Shown here piece by piece: positions 12,786 through 26,217 of a DNA stretch of 64,000 nt; position 1 is the first letter of the stretch; each line of letters opens with the position of its first letter. This stretch comes from Klebsormidium nitens (Eukaryota > Plantae > Klebsormidiophyceae). The notes under the pieces were generated by a model. It saw only the letters and a program-made list of their open reading frames with translations. It had not been told where the DNA came from and did not search any database. The DNA lies in assembly GCA_000708835.1 (NCBI GenBank), contig DF237344.1:22648-86647 (forward strand), in the 5' to 3' direction. A program made the translations under genes and the position numbers.

Positions 12786-14098
12786 ATGACGGTCTCAACA
12801 AGGCACACGAAGGTGAAGAGTGATAAGTTCCAGAAGAATATTCTGAAGAGAGGGGAAGTACCAAAGACTTCGGTAAGCTTCTCCGGCAATCTGTAGCACT
12901 GATTGATCTGATCTGGAGATAGAGACGTCGATGAGCCATGGTTCTGCGCCTACTTTGTTCGTAGCTCAGGTCTGGCTTGCTTCGATTGTTTTGCATTGTG
13001 CTTTTAAAAGAATTTGGAGCTGACAGTGTCGAGCTCTTGTTCAAGATCGGCGTCTTACTGGTCGGGTTTTACCTCACCGTATTATTCATCTATTGTTGAT
13101 TGACTTATTTCCGATTCTTTTCTGTTTGCCTGATCGCGTTTGCATCCTTAGGATGGATTGAAGTAAGAAGGGCCCTGGGGACACAGCTGTCGTGTTTTGG
13201 TGTGAACCTTCATGTATGTACCTACGGAACTCTTGGTGGTGTGATTAGGGTTTGATTGAAGACTTGCCAGCTTCTTTAGCCAATCGGATGAGCGCAAGGT
13301 GCAATCTTCTTGCTGTCTCAAGTGCACGGATCGCTTGCCCGCTGAGCTTTGCTTGAGCTAGCTCTCTCGTTTGCATCTTTTGAGAATAGGAAGCTACTAG
13401 AGAATGAATCAGCTCTGCCGGTTTGCTTCTGACTTGGGCAACTCTGCGGTGTGATGAAGCTCTACTTAATTAGACATATTGACCTGTCTCACCTTGTTAG
13501 CCTTCTGATCATCCCGGCCGTGCTGAATATTTGGATATTGCAACTCGCACAGTGGTTGAGGCAGCTTGCACTGAGTCAGGTTTGCTGTCTTTTGTCAAAT
13601 TTTCTGAGGCACAAGGGCAGATGCTGAGGCAAAGGTCTGGTACAAGAATTGGGTTGTCTTTTGTTTTGTTTTCCTTCTTTTTCAAATTGCACACTCATTG
13701 GACGAGTCACTACTAATCTGTTTTGTTGGGACCCAATAGCCAGCATCTGACGTCAGAAAGTGGTCTTTGTTGCGCAGAAAAAGGAGGCCAAGTATCCGGT
13801 TGGCCCCATTGTCCTGGGCTTCTTCCTTTTCGTAGTGGTGGGCTCAGGCGAGGGCGTTTAACTTTCCTTTTATCTGTAAACACCTCTGTTTCTCAGCCTC
13901 TGATGTCTGCAGGTGTTCGTACTTTCAATGTATGTATCTTCATCTGCTGTCAAGTGTGTGTCTATGCATGACACAGAAGTGGCGAGGTAATCAGACTCTT
14001 TCGTTCTTACTCTCTGGTAAACTCATCTTCGACTTCGTTTCTGTGCAGCAATTCTGCAAATAATCAGGCAAGCGCAATCGGGTGCGCCTGTTGGTTAA
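12786..14098 (+). CDS. RAMP4: Stress-associated ER protein (SERP1/RAMP4 family), 68 aa; 3 exons with a GC-AG second intron
   Basis: Exons 12786-12872, 13778-13847 and 14049-14098 give MTVSTRHTKVKSDKFQKNILKRGEVPKTS|KKEAKYPVGPIVLGFFLFVVVGS|AILQIIRQAQSGAPVG*. This contains the family motifs KF.KNI.KRG and YPVGP..LG.F.FVV.GS...QII. Confidence 0.93.
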
Positions 14099-14961
14099 GC
14101 AGAGCGGCCTGAAATAAGAGCATGTTGAGGTCGTCTGGTGTGTCCATTTGAGGAAGCACTACACGGGTCACTTAGAAAAGATGAAAGCGTCCAGACAAAG
14201 GTCAAGAGCGCCAAGCGGAAGAGGGAAAGAACTTAGAAGCAATAGTGAGCATAGAACAAGCGGAAGCGTCGCAAGTTTGTCTATTCCATATCAGTACGAA
14301 TCACTTCGTTCCGGGATGGCTTGAATGTAAGAGGCGTGTGTATTCTAGCTGTCGTCCTGCATGCATTGGAAGCTCTAGTTGGCCGCTATATGTATTTCGC
14401 GCGTTTCGAGGTTAACACATGGGCCGTTACGCTTCTTGCCGCGGCCACAGTTTCACCACAAAGTTGTCAAGACATGGATGGGACATGTACACCTAGTCAT
14501 GCAGTTGTTGCATACAGACTCATCGAGACTGAGTAATGCATATGATATAGGTCATGACAACTGCAAACGATCAGCCTGGCCTGAGGTAAATTCAGTGCAA
14601 TTGGCATACGGTTATCTCCCATCTTTTGCACTGGAGCCTGTCTGTTCCTTGCCAGTGCCCCGTTTTCAACGATGATACCATGCACCATTAGAATGGGCTT
14701 TGTGGCTAAAAAGGCTTTCTACAAGCAATGAACTCCAGGATAATCAATTATTGCACCCAATGTATTGTCTATATCATCCTTTTCTGGATTCTCTAGGTTG
14801 TATGCAGCTGCTAAAATTGACGGTAAATGATATCACTCGGACATTGGACGCTCTCATTTATCTAGAGCTCGAGTACTATCAGGCGGCTGGAGACCTCCAG
14901 ATTCAGACACAGTGTTTTATGCGAAGGACTTTTCTATGATCGCGGGAAGCAGCTCTCGAAA

Positions 14962-17900
14962 TTATTTGACATTCACCAACTCCACATCGAACAGCAGCGT
15001 AGCGTTCCCAGGAATGTCGGGAGGGGCACCTCTAGCACCGTACCTGCAGATTACAGAGGCGCGGTAAGACTTGAGAATTCAATCAGTCTTGAGTACACAA
15101 TCAACAACGGGTTCTGCGCACGGCCGGACTGGGATTTGGAAATCCGCAAGGACCAAGATAACCTTCAAAGAACTTTCAAAGAACGTCCCCGAACCATATC
15201 GACCACAGGGCCTACAAGCGATTCGTGAACAGTACAGGCGTTCTACCCGCACCGTGAACAAAAAGTTGCAAACCGGGCATCAAAGCATTACACCTAAGCT
15301 TCGAAGAAGCAGTTTAGAGCTGTACTTGAAAGAAGACCAAGCATTGGATTCAGCAGGGCGGAGAGCTTACCCCATGGATGGTGGGATCGTGAGCCTCCTC
15401 TTGTCGCCGACTCGCATGCCTGCAAAGGTCGCATGCAAGGTCAACAACTCTGTTGCAAATCAAACCAGGACTTTGACAGGTGCAAGACTCTGAACTTGCA
15501 AACCACCTCGTTTCTCGAGATATCTGAATTGTTGCTCGCTTTACAAGTAGTGAACCACCCTTATGGTGAACCACTACTTAACGAACCCACCTCATAAAGG
15601 AAAAAGACCTTCCTTCTAAGCCGTCGATCCCGTCGAAGCGCAATCTCTCAAGCCGCTTGACAAGGCCACACCCAAAGCAATTCTGCAAACCTGAACCGAC
15701 CGGAACCCAAGCGCTCAACAGGAGAAGAAAGGACGACCTTGAATCGAACATCGCAAGACGAGCTCTCACCTTCGATGCCCTTATCCCAGCCCGATATCAC
15801 CTCGCCGATCCCCAACCGGAACGAGAACGGCTTCCCCCTTGACGCGTCAAACACCTTGCCGTTCTTCGCCAGCTTGCCCACATACTGCATCGAGATCCGC
15901 TTCCCCTTTTCCGCCCGCTTTCCGTCCGGCCTCCCCATCCCTAGTTCCTCAATCTTGAGCCCGTTGGGGAACTCCCGCACCGTGCCCTTGCCCCCCTTCC
16001 CGGCCTTGGGCGATTTCGCATCCGCGGGGGGCTCCCCGCCCTGCTTCTTCTTCCCCCCCGCGTCGACGCGCTTCTCCTCCACCGCCGGCGCCTTCTCCTG
16101 TGACGTCACTCCCGTCGCCTGTGACGTCACCGCCTTCTTCTCGGCGACCGCCGCACCGTTGGGCGTCTTCTCGGCCTTAGGCTTCTTTTCCGCGGTAACC
16201 TTTTCCGCCCCGTTCGCACCTTTTCCGCCGGGCGTCTTCTCCGCTTTCCGCTTCTTTTCTGAGACTGCCGGAGTGGCCTCCCCTCCGGTTTTATCTCCCT
16301 TCGGCGTCTTTGCCGCTGTTTCTGAACCACTCGCCTTGGTCTTTTCTAGGGCGGGCGTCTTAGCGGCGGCTTCTGCTTTCTTGTTTGGTTTAGGCGTGCC
16401 CTTCAGACCACCGTTGCCGGCCTGCGACGCCTCGTTCTTCGTCTCCCTGGAGAAGAAGCCCTTCTTGAGAGCCAAAACTTTTCGTCCATATATCCTCTTC
16501 TCTCCCTGCTCCATGTGCTGCCTGACGGAGAGTCTCAAAAGAACCTTGAAACTTAGCGAGAAAGCGTAGATAGACTTGCTGAGATTCGCCAGGTCTAGTA
16601 TCTGAAGTGGCCCATTACGCTGTTTTGAAAAGATCTAAGTTCTCGAAGACAAGTGGCGCCCCTGAAACTTTGGAGGGAAGTTTCACAATTGGACCGTGGT
16701 ACTCTGGATAGATTCCAGTTCCGTGGAAGATTCTGAATGAGAGCCAGTACTGAAGTGTATTTTTGTGCTTAGGGGATGTCGGCATCTTATTTAGTAGTGA
16801 TCGTGGGAATGAAGGGTCCCAGGCCACGTCGCAGATTGCCGTGGCTCTGTGCGTTTATACGGGGGTCTGGTCACAGCGGATGCTCATAGACCCAGATACC
16901 AAACGCAGGGCGGGGAGTGATAAACCAATGGAAGCGTCGCGAGAATAAAGTCTAGGAGCAAGACAAAAGAGTACAGACCCCAAAACGTCCAGAGCAGGTG
17001 ACAACTGATATTACGAGCAGAAAAGATGCGGGTAGAAGAGGCAAGGGAATAGAACTGGGTTTCGCAATGATACGAGGAAGCGAGGACAGACTGACCAGAT
17101 TCCGTTCCAATTGAAGCGTCCGAAATCGCACCAGCTCCGTGAGTCAGAACGAGACTAGCGCGAAAAATAGCATGAGACTTAAGATATTGCAGATTGCAGG
17201 AACGAGATCTTTGACGGATGGTTTCAATCTCGTTGTAGCTGACCGACTCAACTGAAAGTTGTTTCCAACCAGAAAGGCCGTAAAATTTCAGAACCGCTCA
17301 CCCCTCGACAGCCTGCTTCTTAGCCGCCGGCGCCTCGATCTCGATCTTGTGCGCTTTCCGCTTGTGGTGCCGCTCGAAGCCGTCCTCGTCTTCTTCGTCC
17401 GATTCGGACTCTTCGTACGTTTCGGACACAATTGGGTTCGCGCGTATAATCGGCAGCGCGCCGACCGCAGCGTCGTCTGTAATCTCCTCGATCCGCACTG
17501 CAGAGACCGGAAAACCATTACGCGGTTAGCACCAAACCTTGACAAACTAGGTTGAGGAGCTTCATTTGCGGCGGACACATTCGGGTTGAAGTAAGATCTA
17601 CTGATGTCGAGGCACCTGGCAGATCTTGCAGGAGAACCTTTGTCCTACCCCACCCAATAAAGCTCCTTTTGTGAGTTACTTTTTGATATTGAATGAAAGA
17701 AGAACGATCCAGAACCATCGTTTGCTTGTGCCGTCAACCTTAGCTGCGCCGAAAGCACCATGCCAATGAAGATGCTTACAAGGCAGGACAAGGGGGACCG
17801 TTTCTCGGGGGGACTTTCGCCGTTCTAGCCAAAGACCGCCTCTGCAGCGTCTCGAGGACCCTGAACATACTCAGCTAAACTCCCTACAAACTGTGGCCAA

Positions 17901-20900
17901 TCGACGTCTCCCTGCATCCCATACGGCATGATATAAACGTCGTCTTACGGCCTTGATGGACAGGCAGGTGCGTTTCTACCAAGACCTGCTGACGTCAGCA
18001 CCTCCGAAGCTGACCTAAGCATATACTTCCAGGTCAAGTTGGGGGGTTTCAGACCAAGCATGCCACTCACCGCCCTTGTTCCCGTGCCCGATAACCTCGT
18101 CTTCTTCCTCTTCATCCTCGTCGCTTTCTTCTTCATCGTCCTCGTCCTCTTCGTACTCGTCGTACTCAGAGTCATCGTCTTCGTCGTCGAAGTCCCTGCA
18201 CATTCCAACATAGTATTTGTGAGTAACTAGCAACCACTCTTATCCTGACAAGGCGATATGACCTCTCCCAATCCTGAAGGGTAAGCGCCTTGAACATAAA
18301 GAGCAAACCTTGACCAAAACCTAAACCCAGTGGAAAAAGCTACGCACCCGAACCCACCCTGACCCCCTAGCTGACCCCACCCGTCCCAGGGCCTCGACGT
18401 CTTCCTTCACGGAGCTCATGACTTCAAAACCCCCGAATTTTTGCTGTATCGGCCCTTCAGCTCACAACGCAAAGCTTCATAGCTATGTAGATTTGCTGTA
18501 TCTTATAAATTGAACAATCCAAGACCACGTACTTCAATTGGACACAAATAGCATAAGGACGATTTTCGATTACACTGCTGCGAAAGAAATTCATAGACGT
18601 ACGCGTCTCTGTCTTTGTCACGCTTGTGGAGGGGCAATATCTAATACAACTGGAACGCGTCGTCAGGTTGGAACATCTATGATTGGACTACTTGCAATGA
18701 CTGGCAAGGTTGCACGTTCATAGAAAATCGGTGTGATCGTCGATGGTAGACAACGCTGCAAAAACATGGCCAAATTCCCCGACAAAGCTCTCAGAAAGGT
18801 ATTGTTGCCAGGCCATAAGCGCGAGAGGCCTTCCTACAGCCTTTCGAGATGCTCGAAGACATGGTTCATAAGCACCAAACAACCAGCATGCGCTAGACCT
18901 TGCGGATCAGACTGACGTGCAAATTTGTCGAATCCGCAGCGGCGTGCTTGCGCACAGCCCTGGGTAGAAAGCGACGGTTCTCATCACATCCGCAAGACCC
19001 TCTAGCATCTTTAAACCAGACCAGTAAAGCAAGCCCAAGCCCCAACGTTGTTGGGATCGATTCCAAAACCACAAGCTTTCAGAAAGGTGATGTAACAGGA
19101 AAACACCTTGTTGTGCTGCGAGACAAGGGATAATGCAAAGAAGCGAAAAACTGCGAGGCGAATGACTTCAAAACCCTGCACCAGATCTCAAATGGCATAC
19201 AACGTCGTCCGAACGACAATGTCATGCAAAATTAAGAGCTGTCAGCAAAAACTTGTTGAATTTGGCCAAAGCCAGCAGAACCGGAGCGAGCCAACGTCGT
19301 TCAGAACAGAAGCTCGACATGACTAGCATCCACCAAGTGCAGCTCAAAGCTGCGGCATCGAAGGTTTGACGACCATAACAAGATGCTGAGCAACACGCTT
19401 GGCTATCGCTGCGCAAGCATTACCAAAACTTAACAAGGAAAGGGAGCAAACCAACAAATGTGCGGGTGCTTTTAAGGACAAATGAAAATGCGCGATCCAA
19501 CAGGCCCCGAAACTTACCACCGAGTGTGCATAGGATGCCCGTGGGAATCCTCGGAGGGATCCACGTACATGTCTTCTCTGCAGAGCAGATAGAACCGAAG
19601 CTGCCCCCCCTTTCCATTTATGCCATCTTTGCACTGTTCTCATCAATCAACGGCCCCCGACTGAGCTATCGAACGCCTCACAGAGTCGATGATACTGAGC
19701 CGAAATTGAGAGACTGCGCACTACGGAAATCCTGAATTGCAACAATTACCAGCTTGAGATAAAAACAGCTGCTGGCATCGTCGTCCCAAAACGGCAAAGC
19801 TTATGCTCTACTGAGAATACTTCCAACTTTGCAATCAATGTGAACGTTGGACCCATACATCAAAGAGTCGAAACAACTTGGGGGCCGAAAAGGAAACAAT
19901 CTGGGCGACTAAAACGAAGGCTGTACGATAAAACCATGCATCTCACTGCCCGACGTTGGCAGGCACACCATAGCAAGGCCTCAAACTTATACGGGACTCA
20001 AGATTTCACTGAGCAAAGGCACTAGTTTTTACTTCGACAGATGATAGCCCTCAACAAACTCCACACTCTTGAGACATCCTAATCAACCAGCATTATCAGA
20101 AGAGCATTGCAGCCAATGATTATCAGATCTTTCTCTGTACTGTCAGACAAAACAAAGTCTTCAATTTTCAACAAGGATTCAAAGACCATCATGTGATTAC
20201 GCGGGCCAAGTCAATGTTCGCTGCAACTTTAGTAAGACAAGACGTTTCAAAAATTCAACCCCTCAAGATGCTCAATAAGACTCACTCTTCCCCGTACTCG
20301 TCAAACTCATCGTCCGTCTCCTCCTGCGGCTCGATCGGCATGTAATACCCCGTCAGATGCACGCTCGTGCTCCCCGTGACTGAGAACACGACGTCATCCG
20401 CAATGATGATGTCGAGGCTGCATGACTCGGTGGCGCCCCCCGTCAGAGACGCCAGGAAGATCTCCGGGTTGTCGCCGACCTTGCACTTGACCACCGTGCG
20501 CTCGCCCTGTTTGGGGTTCAGCCCCAGAACCGCCTGTAGGGAGGAGGCGTATAACGTGGATTCAGGAATAGTATTTAAAGAGATTCGCAGCATTGATGAA
20601 TGGACGAAACTCCAGTATGGTATGAGGTGCGCTGCGCTGCATGGGAGGAAGACCGAGGAAAGCCTGCGATCAAAATCATTATTCACACCTTTTGCAACGA
20701 AGTTTGTCATAACCAGGCTTAGAGAAACGGCGCGCTCAACAAGCATGGCCCCTGCTGGTTAACCAACCCTGAAGGTTGAGAGATCCATATGTTATCCTCG
20801 GAAGATCACAGCTTGGGGGCAGCATAGAAAGCTCCGCGTGAAGGAAGAAGCTGATGCAAGGAAACATGGTAGCAATAACCCGTGCTTCAGATATCTCCAT

Positions 20901-21949
20901 AAAGAATGCTGTTTTCAATTTCAAAACTTTAAATACAAACAAAGAAACCAAAAATACATTAGAAAGCAGGGATCCTCTACCAAAATAACGTTTTTCCAAG
21001 GCCTGGCGACATTTGCACACTGATGTAGCATACGCAGCAACAAATGTTGGTCCCTCTTGTCTCCAGCTTTGAGAATCAGCCAATGTTGGGACTCCGAAGC
21101 ACAAGGAAAAGCTTGTTCAAATGAAAAGAGTCTCAAGAACAGATGTAGAGAGCACAGGGCGAAGCTCCTCACATTGGACAGGTGCAATTGGCTCCCAGTG
21201 CCCTCTGTTGGGATCTGCCGAAATGGCTTCCCAGGCTTCAACTCCACACCTGCATAAAAAGCAAACGGTTATTGCCGGTAGTTCCACATCCCAAGGACCT
21301 CTACGCTTCCTTCGAAATCTTTGCAATGATGGGCGACACTAAGAAGCAGAAAAGACACTTTCCTACTCCGATCGAATAAACTTTTGGATCAGTTTTTCGT
21401 GGGTAACTACCAGCTGCTTTCGCAGTTTGACAAAATGTGGTGACATTTAGATCTTCTGAGAAAATGCATGAATGGTGGTGGTCGCAAGAAATAAACTAAA
21501 GAGATGTATTGCTGCACCAGAACTGACGATCATACAGACCAATGCTCTAAAGTGCGCTGTCAATTGAAGATGAAAGAAGATATGAAAGTGAGAGCATTGC
21601 GCAGATTGTTGTAGTTTCTTAACTGGTAACGGTATCCAAGTATTTGAGGAACCCGCTCTCTGAAGCGCATGGGATGGTGGACCTTGTCCGGATTGTAAAT
21701 CAATACTAGAAGTGCAAGATGAAAAAATACTGCTGATATGCTATACTACCACCATACTCGGCTGCACAGAGGAGGAGGTTTTAAAGCAATCAATTTTTCC
21801 GAAGGAGGCAGGCAGCAACTTTCCTTTGAAATATCCAGCAAATCAAACTCTTTGCAGGTGGTGCGGGTGTACTGTGGAAATCACAGTCTGTAAGCACTCG
21901 TGCTCAAATAAGACATAAGAGAGCCGGCCTGCTCACCCCAGAATGCCAT
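14962..21949 (-). CDS. FKBP53: Nucleoplasmin-like domain plus FKBP-type PPIase (FKBP53/Fpr4-like histone chaperone); about 488 aa, 8 exons
   Basis: Exons 21949-21937, 21249-21173, 20533-20286, 18195-18071, 17497-17302, 16446-15770, 15419-15371 and 15043-14962. Motifs: N-terminal MAFWGVELKPGK...LHLSN...VFSVTGSTSVHLTGYY, acidic D/E tracts, a Lys-rich region, and the FKBP domain YVGKL...FD...[36 protein letters not shown]...IPGNATLLFDVEL. The exon 6 acceptor could lie further upstream, near 16520. Confidence 0.92.
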
Positions 21950-22897
21950 GTTGAAAGCGCCCGCCCTTCCAAAGAGTAGACCAGTCCACAAGGAGGGTTT
22001 CCTCAGCGCACAAGCAGGCAGTCGCCTTTCTCCTAAAAATTTACAAGTAAAGAAAAGTAGCGCCAGATGCCAACGCATGCGCTAGCTGCAACTTCAAGGG
22101 CTGATCTGGACCTGAGGAAAGGTTTTGTGTTCACTTTTTCAGATGATCCCCCGAGGCGTCCAGACTCCAGCGGGGCAATACCATCCCCCGAGGATCCTAA
22201 TAACCATTACCGTCTTATCGGCGTCGAACCCGTCATCAATTTCAAGCCCAAGATTTTGAACCAAGAGGTCGATGACTCCTTTACCACCAGGTCCTCAGAG
22301 CAAGCTCCGGCGAGCACAGGTGACGATCCCCATTGCAGTCCAGAGACTTCGCCTCCTTAAGTCCTTGCACAAACTGCTCTGAGTCTTTAAGTCTAAAGCT
22401 GAATTTCAGAAATCAGCCAAAGGTGTCTGCAAACAAGCCGCCAGCATCTTGCCATTGTCTGGATCTCAGCTGCTTCATAGCCCTTTTCTGAGTTCGGAAC
22501 GGGAACACTGTATTTTGTTTTAGGACGTTTTTCTGTTGTCAGTTGTGGGCCAAGCTTTTGCCCCGCCTGTCATCAGACGTTCAAGTGGCGGCATAGCAAA
22601 TACTACTACTTGTAGTTAGAAAGCACTATGATGATCTGACCTGCGTCGGAGGCCTCGTTATGATCAACTCAACCGTAGGTTTTGAGAAAGGTCTTTGGAT
22701 CACCAACCACTACTCACGAAGGGGAACCAGACATACTGGGGAGTGGGGTTCCTTCGCAGCTGGTTCATGTTCTGCGGGCCGGCAGAGATTCGCATCCAGG
22801 GCTAACTACAGAAGGACAGGCGCTGAGTGGCACGGAGGCCAAAAGTCGGGGGGGGCTAAGCAGGGGGGACTTAAGATTGGTCATCTGATTAGGGTTC

Positions 22898-25243
22898 ATG
22901 GTGAGATTCTTTTCTCGCTTTTGGACCCTGCACTTCTTCTTGGCAAGCTTTTCTCTGCCCTGCCTTTTCAAGAAGTATTATATTACTGACGCCCTGGTAG
23001 TGCTGCATGCATCGCTGACTTTCCGAGTGTGCCTCCTCTTTGCGTTGCCTGGGCCTCTCCAGTAGTTCCTTCATATGTCTGATCATCACGCTGTAGGAGA
23101 TCATGTTGTTTCGAAGTTTTCTGGACAGCAGGTTGTAAGGTTGGATTTGACTAGTTCTGCTGGACTGTTTCACACACGTATGGTTCAATCCACTTACGCA
23201 AGAAAGGGTGGGTTTACTTATCAACCTCTTGAGCATACCTGGGGTCCTGATCGAGGGCGTGTCAGAACGCGACAAAAATTGCTCACCGTACTAGATGCTG
23301 TCCGCAATTATACTAGTCTTACCCCCTTTATATGACCTCATAATCAGGTTCAAATAGAGATTGCCGCATCTCATGCTGTGCTTGATTCAGAGATTCTGAA
23401 ATGTGGAAACAATCTGGTGAGTCCTTGGTTTTGGGCTCGTAAGCGCGCATTACTTTGCGACGCCCTACTTAAGTTTTAGATGTTCCGGTTGATTGAGTTT
23501 TAGTTTCTCAGAGTTGTTGCGGACACTCTGATCAAGACTGTGTTTCAAACGTTCTACATACGCCAATGAGTATCGTACATAACTGCCCCTTCTGCGGCCG
23601 ATACCTTTCGCACGCGGCCGGCATGCCCCAAACTTCAGTTGGAAGCGGTTAGCCGACTGCGTTATCTTTGGTCGATTAAGTCCGGAGCTCATGTCTGCTT
23701 GCCGTGCTTTAGATTCATCAGAAACTAAGATTTGGTCAGAAAATCGTACAGATCTATCCTGCAACCTGGCTGGTCGGTGAGTAAACAAATCCAAAGTTCA
23801 GAGGAGGGCAGACACTGCAACCCAGAAATTTTCAGTGTTGCGGCCCGGAAACCCCACGATGAAGTAAAGCCATTTGACCTTCCCTTCCTGCAGGCTAGTA
23901 AAATTATTGCCAACCTCCTTGTGCTGGGGGGTGGTATCTTAGTACGGGCCGTCTCGCAAGCATACCGGCAGGCTATCATAAGTGAGTTCCTTCACTTTCT
24001 CCCCTTTCTCCACTTTCATCCGCCATCTTCCCCAACACTTTCCTAGACAGTTGTTCGCAGAATTCGGTTTTATTTCGATGCAGATCTTACATAGGCGTGA
24101 TGTCAGGGTCAAATTTTTGCACGACTGTATCATTCTCAAAGCAAGCAAGATTGGGATGTTCAAGACGGTTGTTGTTGCTGTCGCATGTGGCGTTTCTTTT
24201 TGGTGACACGGGTCTGTTGTCCTTGAAAGTAAGAGGCGCGACTTTCTTCCACCGCAACAGCCATAAGATAGACTATGTCAGGGCGCTTTTGCACTCTTCT
24301 TGTGGGAATTATGATTGGCCATTTCGGCGGCTCTCCCGATGTTCGTTGAAACCCTTTATACGTCTGTTTTCTGTTTGCCCCCTGAAAAATGACGGAGGGC
24401 GCCGATTTTCGTCATATCTCTGTAATCTGCCTCTTTCAAGGTTTCTGAACGCCACAGACTCGAATCTTGCATCCTAGTGCTTTTCGTTCTCAGCCTATTC
24501 AAACTTGCTGCTTCGTTGTCTTCCAATTGTCGACGGTATTTTCCTTTGTAGACCACATCAGGTGCTTTTTGGTTCTACAAGGATGTCGAGTGTATTCACA
24601 CTGCCCCGTGTGCTGTGCAGATGGCACCAAGGCGGGCGTCGCAGAGCAGGTTAAGAACACGGTGGGGCGGGGCAGCAAGACGATGAGCTTGCACGAAGCG
24701 CGGCAAGTACTTGGGATCAAAGAAGAAGCGTCTTGGGAGGAGATTGTCAAGGTAACCGCTCCTTTTACTGATGGATGTTCTGTGCTTTTATTGACACGAG
24801 GCGTCTTAATTATGCATGTTGGCCTGTGGAAGCTGAAAGTTGCAACAAAGTGCTCTTACTCCCAGAAGGCGGACAGCCACAGACTAGAGTCGACGACAAA
24901 AATCTTTGCCTTAAGATCTTGATTCAGTTACCGGATTGTGAGGACATGGTTCTTCCGTTTCCATGGTTCGATCTGCTTTCCGCTCCCCATCGAAGCAACT
25001 CTTCCATAACGGCGTAAACTAGTCTCGTCTGTAGCCGTGCTGTTTTTACAAAGGCCCCGAGTCTCTGTCTTCTGCATGAACCAACGGACTGAACACTTCC
25101 TGCAGAGATATGAGCGGCTATATCAGAGAAACGAGGAAGGGGGCTCCTTCTACATTCAAAGTAAGGTTGTTAGAGCGAAGGAGGCGCTGGAAGCTGTCCA
25201 ACAACAAGCGAAGGACAGTGCTAGTGCTGGAGGAAAGACTTGA
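22898..25243 (+). CDS. PAM16: Mitochondrial import motor subunit PAM16/MAGMAS, about 119 aa
   Basis: A probable ATG-only exon at 22898-22900 (uncertain) is followed by exons 23894-23981, 24621-24751 and 25106-25243. Translation: ASKIIANLLVLGGGILVRAVSQAYRQAII...MSLHEARQVLG...WEEIVKRYERLYQRN...GGSFYIQSKVVRAKEALE. Confidence 0.92.
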
Positions 25244-25657
25244 GGTTTTGGCAACCATGCATTTTTTACCCTCAATTATAGCAAAAAATAAGTTTACCGG
25301 TTCGTTAAGTTCGTCGGGGATACACGCGCTTCAAAGTTTCGCGCGCAGCCTTTGTCACTTCATATCCTCAGTTCAAAGACGTGCAGGCATGATGTAAAGT
25401 TGTGCATACGCACAAGCTGCTTAACGCCCTACACCAAGCTAGAGACTTGAGGCAACATGTGAATCGATGGTTCTCAATTGAGAATCAATGGGCCTTGTGC
25501 AGGCTCATATGATGCATATAACTCGCGAAAGTGTCACGTTCGACTCCCAGAATCAAATGATTGAACATACCAGGTAAGCGCACATGGGAATGCAACAACC
25601 TATCATTCAGCTGGTGTCGCCACATGTCCGACTCCTCGATCGTAATGCAAGCAGAAT

Positions 25658-25697
25658 CATGCATCCGATTTTTGAGATCTCAAGAATCGGATGCATG
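25658..25697. repeat. 40-bp near-perfect palindrome between the convergent PAM16 and LEA-like genes
   Basis: catgcatccgatt-t-ttgaga|tctcaa-g-aatcggatgcatg, with one T/G mismatch. Confidence 0.9.
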
Positions 25698-26217
25698 CGT
25701 GATCGATCACACAGCATTAATATGAGCATGTTCAGTACTAGCACATGATCGGTACGTGCATGGAGTCGATCATCCTTATTCGGCGCGTGCGCCATATGAC
25801 GCTCTTTCACAACAATTCAAGCAAAGAGGCGCAGCTAAAATATGTTATCAACATGGGCCAGAATCATGAGAGCTGTTGGTACATGTTCGCACCAGCAGAA
25901 GTGCGGTCGGACATGTCCGACAGAAATGACTATAACCATGCAAGCTACGAAATTAATTTGGTGATCTGTACGAAGGACATCATAGGTACGTTCACACATG
26001 GGTTCGAAGTTTTGAACGTACAAAACCGACCAAATTGTATGAAGTAGGTACTCCAACTGCCACTGGTCGTAAAAACGAATAGCTGAATACCTATGTCTCC
26101 ATTGTACACAAAAGTTAGTCCTCCGACACCAAAACATTTTATGCCATCAGTATCTTATAAAACTCGACTCTGCTTCAGAACATTTCCATAAAGTGTTCTT
26201 ACTTTTCGCTACTGTCT

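Noticed and set aside
20110-20195. Possible C/D snoRNA in FKBP53 intron 3 (minus-strand ATGATGG...CTGA...CTGA)
   Set aside because: The C box is imperfect, there is no terminal stem, and rRNA complementarity is only short and imperfect.
22067-22360. 97-aa + strand ORF between FKBP53 and PAM16
   Set aside because: It overlaps the presumed FKBP promoter and has no recognisable homology or splice linkage. It may be a chance ORF.
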